64,000 bases of DNA from Basidiobolus meristosporus CBS 931.73 (Eukaryota > Fungi > Basidiobolomycota): contig MCFE01000035.1 in NCBI GenBank assembly GCA_002104905.1, positions 62,001-126,000 of the forward strand. Direction: 5' to 3'. The notes below the pieces were generated by a model. The model searched no databases, was not told the origin of the DNA, and was given only the letters and a program-made list of their open reading frames with translations. The translations under genes were made by a program, and so were the position numbers. The first letter of the stretch is position 1, and each line of letters begins with the position of its first letter. Shown here piece after piece: positions 51,064 to 62,347 of this stretch.

Positions 51064-52493
51064 TCATATGATGTCTGATGGCACATAATCATCAACATCT
51101 AAATAAGGGACTTCAACGAACGACGCATCATCCATGTACCCTCCATCCGAATCATCCGAACTGCTCTGGCCATCATCATATTCCGGGTGCTTACTTTGCA
51201 AGTGCCTCTTCATGTCATATATCCGCATAAACATGTATTTACAGCCAGGAGCGGCGCATGGGATTTCTCGGTTGTTCTCTGGGGTAATGTAGTTATGCCC
51301 GGTGAAGATGTCGAGCAGAGACGGCGTCTCGTTAACCTTTCGCCTCTTCAGCGCTGGCTCTTCCTGTGAAAACAAGACATATCAGACCACAGTTATATTC
51401 TTGGGCGACGTACCAACACTTACCGAGGATCTAAGGTGGATCTTGGAGTGTCGTGTGAGCAGATATTTGTGAGCAAATCTTTGTCCACAGCCAATCTCGT
51501 CACAGACAAACGGTCGCTCGGTCGAATGCTTGGATTTGATATGGGATTTAAGTGCAGATTCCTAACAATTCGACGGGAATTAAAATCGCAGTTGATTGAA
51601 AAAGGAAACGGAGTTTACAAACACTGAAGAACTCTTTGTCACACTCGATATGATCACAAGGGAACTTGGGTCGATTGGGGTCGTGAACATTAAGGTGGTC
51701 GCTGAGAACATCTTTTCTCTTGAATTCTTTGCTGCAAAACGGGCAAATGATCTTGTGTGCCTCTCTTGAATGCGCTTGCAGTTCGGACCATTTGGTGAAT
51801 CCAGCTTCGCAGCCTTCATGACCACAAAAGTACCTTTGCTTTTCTAGGGATATTGTAATCCAAGTATGAGAAGCATGCTGGGGAAATGGTCACATACAGA
51901 GTCCCAAAACACCTACCCGTGTGAGTCAGTTTATGTTTTTTCAGCTTGCTTGCAGTAGGAAATCCCTTAGAGCAGCCTGCAACATCACAGGTGAAAGGAA
52001 GTTGACCAGTATGGATGCACATATGCTTTCGAAGTTGTATATGCTTAGAAAAGACCTCCTTGCAGTCCTGATAAGAACACTTTGAAATTGGTAGTTGAGT
52101 GGCTGTTGCACATTTGAAATGGTGCCAGGAAGCACTACCTTATAAGGCTTGGGGGTCTCGTGAACCAACATGTGTCGCTTGAGATGTTGGTTGGTGGCAA
52201 ATTTGGCTTCACAGCCGTCATGTGTACACATATACTTTTTGGTGGCTTCAGGATCGTGGATTCTAGCATGTACCGTCAAATGGCTATCTCTGAAATATGC
52301 CTTCTCGCAACCAGGAAAGGGGCAAACGAAAGGACGCTTAAAATATACATGTTAGAAGAAATAGTGTTTGTCACGAATTGATTGTAGTATCCACCTCGCC
52401 GGTATGAGTCCGCTCATGTTCTTTGAGTCGACATGGTTTCTTGTAGGACTTGCCACAGCCTTCGAAGAGGCATGTATAAGGTTTATCAGCCAT
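51064..52493 (-). CDS. PZF1: Transcription factor IIIA-like C2H2 zinc-finger protein (9 tandem fingers, spacer, 10th finger)
   Basis: [17 protein letters not shown]...; ten C-x2-4-C...H...H fingers counted across exons; spacer [11 protein letters not shown] before the last finger; acidic tail. Confidence 0.8.
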
Positions 52494-52960
52494 CGATTGA
52501 TTTCACGTTAACTGAGACTTGCATCAATGTATATAAATCGTTTTTTTTTTCGAATGATGGATATTTAAGGCAAGTTTTCCAATGAGTGTTTATTTGTAGA
52601 CAAAATCGAAGTTTTAATTTCCATGGCAGAATTCTATATTTGCTCATTGGCTTCAGCCATTTTCCAAACCCTTCGAGGCTGCCCCAATATGGCAACGGTA
52701 CATGAATTGTGATTACATCTAATCTACATCAACACGAAGGTTGATTACATTAGCCTTACATCGACAAAATGTGACTTTGAGTGGTGATTGGCATTCCTGA
52801 GTGATCAGAAATTTAGTAAACAGTAAGCAGCCTTAGATCAAAACATCAAAATTAACTGTGATTTGATTGTGATAGTATAGAGAGGAAGAGCGCTTTGTCT
52901 AGGCAAAGATAGTGGTGGTTTTTGTTACAGGTGCGATATCAGGTTTGGTTGAATTTGAGT

Positions 52961-55900
52961 ATGCCTTCCAAAAGCGCTCCCAGTACTCCAAAAAAAAGTG
53001 GCCGCAGTTTGCTGAGCTTCTTTACCCCATCTCCTTGTGCATCTGAAGGTATCTATACCAAAGTCGGTTGCGTTAGATTTTGTTTGATCTCAATTATTAT
53101 TTAGGCCCGAAAATCCCAGAAAAAGAGAGCCCATTTTTACCAGGTAGTTAGAATTGTTTCTTGGTATTCAATAGCACAAGTTAACTCTTTGTCCCAGAAA
53201 CGACCGAGTCGTCTTGCTCAGTAGCGACGGCAAGTGCTTCAAATGACCAGGGTCTAGTGGGTAAGGCCTGTTTTAGTTTCTGCTTTTATCCCGTTATTTA
53301 CCGATATTTTAGATCGTTCAGAGAATTGCTTGGGGGTAAAGGCACAAGAGACTGAATATAATGATTCAGAGGAAACAAGTGACAAAAAAGGCAAGGGCAT
53401 GTTGAGCACTGACGTTTTAACCACATATTGACTTTTTGTTTTAGAATTAAAGATAGTGCCATATGTGTATATCGAGAAATGTGTCCCAAAAGGGTGGGAA
53501 GTGGAAGAAGGGATGGACATACCGAAACCACAAAGTAAGCTTCGCGGACACACATAGCAAAGGTTCTCTTAATTGACGATCTATTGATATAGACCTTGCT
53601 ACATCAGAAGTTGGTCAGGCACCAGCGGAGGTTGATTCATACTTGACGAAAAGCGATAATGTTGAAAACAAATCCACATCAGACAAACCTGTATCGTTGT
53701 TGGAGGCAACTCCCAATGAGGGTGTGATTCAACAGGAGCAGCCAGTAATACCAGCAGTAAATAGAATGTTGAGCACAACTTCCAATCTTCAACCATGTCT
53801 AATATATTTTGGGTTCATGGAAGCGCCGGTTAGTGGAGTTGAAGAACGAGCGTCTGGTCTTCCACGAAAAGAAGATTACATTTCTACTGCATCCGGATAC
53901 AATCGTTGGTAGGGATTATTAGCTAGATGTTTCGTAACGATGGTGGTTCTTATTTATTTTGGTCAAAGAGTTGGCCTCCTTTCACGTTTCGATGGAGGGA
54001 AACGCGGGCCCACTTTTGCCTTTTCCTCAGGAATTTCATCCACTTCTGTGCAAGTTAATCCAGGAAAGGTAGCGACCTCAATGTGATGTTCATACAATCC
54101 TTCTTACTTACCCGTCCCAATTCAAGTGATTTGCCACTTTCGTCGTTGGTGTCACACGTTATGGACATTTTGTGCCCCACCGGGTACAAGGATGACGATG
54201 CTCCTGTAGGTTGGTACATTGCCAGAATGACCTTACGTGTTGACAGGAGTGATTCAAAGTATTTTTCCATATAGAACTACCGAAGATCAACCCAAGGAGC
54301 GTAGAAAACTCAATTCTATTGCTGGCAAGACATCATAATTATATTGACTCCAATGCTATCTTGGACATTAATCACGAAGATGAGCGCCCCTGTTCTGTAA
54401 GTGCCCAAGAAGTAGTTGGCCATTGCACTAGGTCATGAATCCTAATACACGTTGCATTCAGAATCTTGCTATCGTCCGATGGGAGGTTCAGAACTTAGAA
54501 TCGGCATTCTCCCCTGATCTGATCAAAATCATCGAGAGAAGAAGAGAAAAGCGAAAGCAGGTAAATATGCATTCATCTGGATCTTAATTCATTGGTGTTG
54601 ACGAGTCTCGTTCAAGGCGTCCTCGGAGGTACAAGCTCTATTCGATTCACTACCAGATGATCAGAAAGAGAAGATAAGGACCATAGCCCAAGCATCAAAA
54701 AGGAAGAGAAAGGTGCAAGACGTGATTGACGAGGTAAACACTTCACTTCTTGCATCGTTCTACAGTATCTTCGGCTAATGATGATGAAAATCAAGGAACT
54801 CAAGAGAAAAGAGAGGGAGGAGAGAGAAGCAAAGAAACGTAAAGCCAAGGAACAAAAAGAGGCAGAGAAGAGGCATCTTAAGGAGCAGAAGGAATTTGAG
54901 AAGAAGCTTCAAAAAGAGGAAGAGAGAAAAAAGAAGGTAACATCGATGTAGAAACAAGCCGGACGCGCCACCATCTCAAACTAAAATGGACATCCTCCAG
55001 GAAGAAGCCCAAAAGCAGAAAGAACAAGGCCAGACCCGCTTACAGGGATTCTTTTCTTCGATCAAGAAAGACCGAGCTACCACAGCACAGCCAGAATGTA
55101 AGTATTCTTATTGTTACACTTGACGTACGCATGCCTGTTCTAAAAATGCTCTTATTTAGCATATTTTGATGAGTTGTTTCGGCCCTTCCATGTCAAACAA
55201 TGCACATTTCTCGCCCCTATCAATCGATTTGCGAGGGAGCCGTCGGACAACTACGAAGTTGCACTTCACTCGGAGCATCCCGCTGCTGATTTCAAAGGTA
55301 GCTCGCGGTCGATCCCTGATTGTTTTTTCGTTTGTTAACCTTCGCATAGTAGAAGACCTATTCCATGAAAATCTTCAAGGCTGGAAATCAGCTGCAAAGT
55401 ACACCAGTTGCAGAAGCCAGAGGAACGATGCTACCTGGATAGGAGATGAGGACAGCTCTATTTTGGTGAAATCTAAAGCACCTAAAATGAAGCTGCTCCA
55501 ATTTGCCGAGAACTATCGGCCGGCCTACTATGGTGATTATGGGCCACTTTCTCGTAGAACTAATACCCACTCAACAATTAATTCATTGACTAGGCACTTG
55601 GTCGAAAAAGAGTCATGCGATATCCGGGAGAAAATGCTTTGCGAGAGACACCGGTGTCTTCGACTATGACTATGATAGTGAGGCTGAATGGGAGGAGGAC
55701 GAGGAGGGAGAGGAGTGCAAGAGTGATGATGATGATAGTGAAGAAGACCCGATGGACGCTGAAGAAGATCAAGAGGATGGATGGCTGGTTCCTACTGGCT
55801 ATCTCTCTGAGGATGAGATGGACGAGGACTCGATTTCTGGTAAGTCCTCATTTGAATCTTTCATTTCGTCGGAATTAACTGATTTTCAACAGGGCCTAAA

Positions 55901-56544
55901 GACATCAGAGATAAAAACGAGAGAGTCATCAGGCCGATAGTTCCTCTTACCCCTGTTATTGTCGGGCCTATTCTTGACACCAACGAGAGCGCTTCTATAT
56001 CCTTCTTTCCCGGATTTCGAGTTCAAGGGATGTATGGTGAGTATTTAACGGTAGCACTACCTTGACTAAACCCCCGACTTATCTTGGCATCTCAGGTATC
56101 CAATGCCCGATCAACCCATTGGAGAGAACCTGCTATCCACTTTATGCCGAGCTTGATGCTGTTAACGACGAAGTCGCCGAAGCAATGCAGAAGGGAAACA
56201 AAAAACTCTTCCCTGAGGAGCGCGTGGAGGAATTCCTGAAGGTAAGTCGACCGCTTTGTTTGCTGCTTCGACCCCACTAATCCCATTACGCATAGATTGT
56301 GAGCGGCAGTGCCAAACGAGTCAGCAAGCTGGTGGAGGAGCTTAAGGACACCTTTCCAGATGTTTCCAAATCGCAGCTCGTGGCCAAGCTCAAGGAGCTT
56401 GCCAGCAAAGAAAAGTGCGCCCTGACCTCGAAGCAGGTATGGCGTATCAAGGAGGACGTGGCGAAGCAGTACAATTTCGACCAAGTTAAGGCCCAGAGCT
56501 CGAGCATAGCCCAGAAGATTCTTGGTACAGTTACCAAAAATTGA
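52961..56544 (+). CDS. RLF2: Chromatin assembly factor 1 large subunit (p150/Cac1/FAS1), many exons
   Basis: PIP-like SLLSFF and QTRLQGFF, a long KER coiled coil, KMKLLQFAENYRPAYYG, DYDYDSEAEWEE, WLVPTGYLSEDE and a C-terminal winged-helix-like region. The exact 5' exon structure is partly inferred. Confidence 0.9.
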
Positions 56545-56607
56545 AAGGATTTTTTGTAACATATATAATTTATTCTCTACGTATTTTTTCCAAATAAACC
56601 ATTACAT

Positions 56608-57849
56608 TTAGTCTGTCTTGGGTTTCTTTCTTATCAGGGAGCCGCCAAGTACGTTCACTTTGGGCTTTTTCCTTACAAGCGAACTGGAGAGGACATTGAC
56701 ATTGGGAGATTCGTCAAGGGATGTCTTTCGTTTAGAGCTGCTTTGCTCAGGGAGGGGCTCGATTTTGTTAGGAACGATGTCAACATGCAAAGCTTGAGCC
56801 TTTATGAGTAGATCATTTAGCTTGCGGGTAGACTGGACGCATTCGTCGAGGCAAGAAAAGTCCAGATAATACAGCTGTTCTTCAACCTCATGGAACTGCT
56901 CCTGGTCCATTGGTTCTTTGGTCACTTCGGGGCCGCTGCTAGATTTGCCGGAGCTCATGTGCAGCACAAAGAATCCTGCCCGACGACCAGAGCCACATTC
57001 TTCACTGATGCTCAGAAGCTCAAAAAACTCCCAGACACTGACATTCTCCATGTGGTCCTTGGCCGAGAGCCGGGACTTGGCATCGTCGGGGAATTGTGGA
57101 ATAACATGCAGCGCTTTATCTTTGTTGTTGTACGGCCAACCCCACTTCCAGGAAAAGCTAGTCTTGTCTTCGGTCGCAGTCGATGCTTTCAGTGACATAT
57201 CATCGGCACCGGGGACATACCAATACCCCTGCACCTGCGTAGTGTCCAAATCAGAGGTGGAGAGTGAGTGAAGGCTTCGTTTCCACCATTGAATCAACTC
57301 TTGATCGTTCAAGATATTCTTTTTGGGGTTCTTTGCCGATTCAGCAAAGAGGTACTGAGGTTGTGATCTGGCAAATACATGAAGGAATATCTCTTCATTA
57401 GTGCGCAGGTATTCGTTGGCACAATACCTGAGATATCCGTGTATAAGCGCTCTGGCCACGCTCATTCTTCCGTTCACAGCTACACTTCCCCTTGCGGGGA
57501 AAGCTCCATACCCGGAAGAGTCCAGTTTGTCTATGTAGATGGTTTTGATTACCTTGGCATCCTCTTCCGCACCCCTGGCTGTTTCATATTCGAGCACGGA
57601 TAAGCCCAGAATGTAGACTTCTTGGCTTGGCGTGGTGGGAGTGGGCTTTTTATCTTCGGTAGATTCTTCTGTGGGATCGAGTACTTGACTGACGAAAATC
57701 AACTGTCGGCGTTTCTTGCATTTTGCTTCCACAGAAGGATCGTTGTAAAGGGGCTCGGTGTCACTCCATTCCTGGGTGGAAATATAGAGCTTGAGCGGGT
57801 GCGAGCTCAGGGCAGTCTTCAAAGCTTCTTCGAGAAACGTTTCCATCAT
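56608..57849 (-). CDS. RTT109: Histone H3K56 acetyltransferase, single exon
   Basis: YIDKLDSSG, HVFARSQPQYLF..S..NPKK.ILND..LIQWW, IPQFPDDAKSR and EECGSGRRAGFF. Confidence 0.93.
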   Translation of the reverse strand: MMETFLEEALKTALSSHPLKLYISTQEWSDTEPLYNDPSVEAKCKKRRQLIFVSQVLDPTEESTEDKKPTPTTPSQEVYILGLSVLEYETARGAEEDAKVIKTIYIDKLDSSGYGAFPARGSVAVNGRMSVARALIHGYLRYCANEYLRTNEEIFLHVFARSQPQYLFAESAKNPKKNILNDQELIQWWKRSLHSLSTSDLDTTQVQGYWYVPGADDMSLKASTATEDKTSFSWKWGWPYNNKDKALHVIPQFPDDAKSRLSAKDHMENVSVWEFFELLSISEECGSGRRAGFFVLHMSSGKSSSGPEVTKEPMDQEQFHEVEEQLYYLDFSCLDECVQSTRKLNDLLIKAQALHVDIVPNKIEPLPEQSSSKRKTSLDESPNVNVLSSSLVRKKPKVNVLGGSLIRKKPKTD

Positions 57850-58139
57850 ACCTGCTCTACGCAATACGGATTCCTCCTCAAATCAACATCTACCCTGCCC
57901 AAGCGTAAACAATGTCCTATTCGATGGGATCCATTAGGATCATGTAGAAAATCATGTATGATAAATAGACAAGTGTTATTGATAGTTTATTACGTTATCT
58001 TGGTTAAACATTGTAGAAATGGATTTCGGACTTGCAAGAAGCCGAAAATGAAAGTGTAGTTTGTTATGCCAAAATGCTGTGGAAGAGTAGAAGAATCCAG
58101 GAACACATAAGAATCGAACCAAAGAGACCCGGTGGCTGT

Positions 58140-58723
58140 TTATAAGACAGACAAGTTTCCGAACTTCTCGTTGTAACCAGGGACGGTCCAGTTGCCCTTC
58201 TTGATCATGTCCTCGACAACGGCAGGGATTTCGGGCTTAGCCTTGATAACATCATCAACGGTGAGGTCCTCAATAGGTCTGGCGGTTTCGATGTTGGAAA
58301 GGGTCTCCTTCAAGTCAGCGACCTCAGCATCGAGTTGGGCAGCGGTGCTCTTGGCTTTCTCAACCTAAAGGAGCAAAAGACGTTAATCTCGGTGACAAGC
58401 AAGCCTAGGAAACAAATGAAGACACGTACAGCCTTAACTTCGAAAGCGTCGATGACCTTAAGTTGGGCAGCCAAGTTGTACTTGACTGGGGAGAAGCCAG
58501 AGAAAGCCTTTTCGGCTTGCTCAACAACACTCTTGTTCTTGAGGACAGAGCGGTAGTGGGCGAAATCAATATCGGTTTTTTGCTCCTTCAAAGCATCAAC
58601 ATTACGCTTGAGTTCGTCGTAACGCTTACGGAAAGAAGTAAGAGCGGCTTGGGTATCCTTTTTGAGACCCAAGCTAGCAAGTTTGCTCCAGTCAATGTGG
58701 GTAACGGCGGCGCGGGCAGACAT
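58140..58723 (-). CDS. ATP7: Mitochondrial ATP synthase subunit d, 2 exons
   Basis: IDWSKL...FRKRYDE...IDFAHYRSVLKN; exon 2 reads L.NIETARPIEDLTVDDV...KGNWTVPGYNEKFGNL*. Confidence 0.95.
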
Positions 58724-59187
58724 GATGTGGAAAATCGATAGAACAAGCGGGAGTTAAGGCGAGGTACAGGCCAGACAAACAAAATTGTTATCCGTTGGGT
58801 GTCAGTAAGATCCATGGAACTTTGGGGCAACCCAATTTTTGCAAGGGCGAGAGATCCCCGAAAAAGGGGTACCTGCGTGGACCTTGGTTGACCCCAAACC
58901 TCCGTCTCAATCAAGTGGGGAAGGAATTTGGATTTGATTGTATGAGGCTATTCATGTTCCAAAGTTTATGCAGTTTAGTCAGCTTCTTGCTCAAAGATGC
59001 TGGGTCCGCCCGTCTCATATGTTTATCCATCGAGTTGACTATTATAATAGGGAATGTTCCATAGTTGGTGTTCTGAACCTACGTCAACCATCTGTAAATG
59101 GTAAATTTTCTTCAAAAACGAGTATCCTGGATGCACTGGACATATATTTAATAGGACTTTGCCACAGTCTATCTTGGCAAACAAAGA

Positions 59188-61555
59188 TGAGCTTCGACTT
59201 GGTGTCATACATACTACTGGCCATAATTGGCCTGTTTGTATTCCTCTCCATACGTGGTGGGATCCTACCGGATATTCATCCCTTCATCCTCAATCATCAA
59301 TCGGATACCTCGCCGGTTCGCAACGAGGGTGAAACCACGGTGTATCGCAACCGGTTCGCCGGACACCATAGCTCGTTGATGTCCACCTTGGACCACGAGG
59401 TCAAAACCATTTACGATTTGTTTCATAGAGGCAGGAAGATCGGGTCTAAATTCCTCGGCCACCGTATCAACGAAAACGGGCCTTACCAATGGGTATTCAG
59501 TCTATTTCTCTCCACATGTTTACTTTGTGTGCTTTTTACTGAGACATTTTTGAATATTGCAGGAGAGCTATGGTACACTTAGTCGGGTTCGGGTTTTCGT
59601 TTGGTTTTGAAGTTACTAACTTAGTTGCCTTCAGAATCGGTCTACCAGAGAATCGTCAACTTTGGAAGTGGACTGTTGGCCATTTGCGGTCTAAAGCCCA
59701 AGCAAGAGCAACCTTTAGGTGTCTTTATGAGGAACTGCGCAGGTAAACATGTTTTGTGGAGCTCAGAACACTAGAGCATCTCGCTAACATCCTTGCAATT
59801 GACCAGAATGGATTGTTGCTGATCTCGGTAATTAATGATGTTATATACATTGCACTTACGCCTTTCGTTGACTGTATTCGGTGTAGCTATCGCTCATTAT
59901 AGCTTGGTCTGCGTCCCGTTGTACGATACACTGGATTTTGACGCCATCAATTTCATCATCAACCAGACTGCGTTGACCACCATCGTGGTTTCGGTCGACA
60001 CCCTTCCACGCATCCTAGGCGCCATTCCTAGCTGCCCCACCTTGAAGAATCTGATTATTACCGAGTCGAGCGTCGAAGAGGAGTATGTAGAGCTGGCCAA
60101 GAAGCTCGAAGTAAATCTTCTCCCCTTCTCCAAGATCGAGTCCATCGGGTCCGAGCAACCTCAAGAGCCTTGTCCTCCTGACGCTGATGATCTTGCTATT
60201 ATTTCCTACACCAGTGGGACCACAGGCAAGCCCAAGGGAGCTATGCTTACTCACAAGAACATTGTATCGGTTGTTTCCTCCTTCATCTCCAGCATTCCCA
60301 AGAGTATTCCCATTACAAAGACCGAGAGACATCTATCGTATTTACCTCTTGCCCACGTATTTGAGCGAATCGTCTACAGTGCTGTCATGTACGTTGGTGC
60401 CTCTGTTGGCTTTTACCGCGGGGATATATTGAAGTTGTTCGAGGATGCGTATGATTTACAGCCAACTGTTTTCATCAGCGTTCCTCGCATTCTCAATCGC
60501 TTCTACGAGAAGGTTAATGACGTGATCCAACAAACCGGTGGAATGAAATCCAAGGTCTACGATCTGGCCTACAGCAAAAAGCGTGCTCTACTGAAGCAGG
60601 GAATCTTGAGAAACGATACCATCTGGGACCGACTTGTTTTCTCTAAGATCAGCAGCCGCCTTGGTGGAAAGGTGAAGCTTGTAGTGAGCGGCTCAGCACC
60701 TATCTCTCCCCATGTGTTGGAGTTCCTGCGCATCTCTCTGGGTTGTCAAGTGCTTGAGGGATATGGCCAAACCGAGAGCTCGGCTGTTATTACCTTGGCT
60801 ACCATCTTCGATTACGGCAATCCATTTGGTAGACACGTAGGTGTTCCCATCGCTTGCAACGAGGTGAAGTTGATTGATGTGCCAGAGATGGCCTACTCTG
60901 TCGAGGACAAACCCAATCCTAGAGGTGAGCTGTGCGTTAGAGGCAACAACGTGATGAAAGGCTACTTCAAGCAGCCTGATGAGACTGCCAAGGTTTTGGA
61001 TAAGGATGGCTGGCTTCGCACAGGTGATATTGCCAGCGCCTTGCCCAACGGCACCTTCCAAATTATCGATCGAAAGAACTTCATTTTCAAGCTCAGTCAG
61101 GGAGAATTCGTTGCCCCCGAGAAGATCGAGTCGATTTATGAAAACAGTGTCTTCGTGCAACATATTTTCGTTTATGGCGACCCATTGAAGAGTTACCTGG
61201 TTGCCATTGTTGTCCCCGAGGTTGAATCTTTGATTGATTGGGCCAAGGACAACAACGTTCCTTGCGAACTAGCCTCACTCTGTCAAAGCGATGCTTTGAA
61301 CACCATGATCCACAAGGATTTGGTTCGTATTGGTCGCGAATACGATCTTCTTGGCTATGAGCAGGTCAAGAAGATCCACCTTCACAGTGAGCCCTTCTCC
61401 ACAGAGAACAACCTGTTGACCCCAAGTTTCAAGTAAGTTGGACTTTAGTTTAATGTGATCTGGAAGCGTCGTCGTTTGCTAACTATTTCTATAGGCTTAG
61501 AAGAACAGTTGCCAAGCAATTCTTCGCTGAGACCATTCAATCACTCTATGGATAA
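59188..61555 (+). CDS. Long-chain fatty acyl-CoA synthetase (ACSL/FAA type), 6 exons including 10-nt and 21-nt micro-exons
   Basis: N-terminal TM helix, SYTSGTTGKPKG, YLPLAHVFER, EGYGQTE, GWLRTGDI, IIDRKNFIFKLSQGEFVAPEKIE and LLTPSFKLRR. Confidence 0.95.
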
Positions 61556-62347
61556 ACAATATTATGTATTCTCACAAAATTTGAATTGATAAACAGTTAT
61601 AAATTCATTTATTCGTTCTATCTTTAACCCTTCACCACACATCACTTCATCTACACGAAAAAGAAAAGGTTCATTAGAAACAATTGAAACCATGGAAGCA
61701 AGTGCCAAACTGTAATGAGGATCAGCCACGCCTAAATTCGTCTTGTTCAACCTCTCACTCGTCAAAAGAACATCGGAAGGGCGGTTACATCCTAATCTCA
61801 CCAAAGAAATATGGGAGTAGATAAACCCTCGTTCTTTCGAAATTCAAGTGACTTGAGCGCTCCATAAGGAGACAAGGTGAATCTTGCGGTTACCAAAGAT
61901 ATCTATCATCTCCTCGGGCAAAGAGAGCTACCAAGAGTGTCACTTTACCTGTAACCGGGTGCTACGGAAAAGCTGAAGCGTCACGACAACGTGCAGGAGA
62001 TGGGGTTAGCCGAAATATATGCGTCACCCTTCATGCTATCATCCCCTGGTTAACCGATGGAAAAAAAGGTGGCAAATGGCCAAAAAAGGACACGTCTCAC
62101 GTGACTGTAGCGTGGGTGATAGTTCTGAAATACAAACAAGTCGATTGGCAGATCATGAAGGAAATTTTATGATCAAGCCGTGACAGTCGGGCATAAGCAA
62201 GTTCCATTTCAATACTCCGCCTCGTAAGTGTGAGTCAATGGTTTGAGGATGTTTCATGAACCATTTAACTTGTAAATTCTGGCCTCTTCTCGGTAGAAAC
62301 TCTCTCTCTTCACACCACATCAACGACGCGGGGATTGCTCTGATAGC

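Noticed and set aside
54720-54945. Purine-rich GAA/AAG low-complexity tract
   Set aside because: It encodes the expected Lys/Glu/Arg coiled coil of CAF-1 p150.
58653-58660. GTATCCTT, a U12-type 5' splice-site motif
   Set aside because: It lies on the antisense strand of ATP7 coding sequence, with no matching intron.
58725-59187. ORF 58938-59582 extension suggesting a long N-terminus for the acyl-CoA synthetase
   Set aside because: The upstream part lies in the divergent ATP7/ACSL promoter region; the ATG at 59188 directly precedes the typical N-terminal TM helix.
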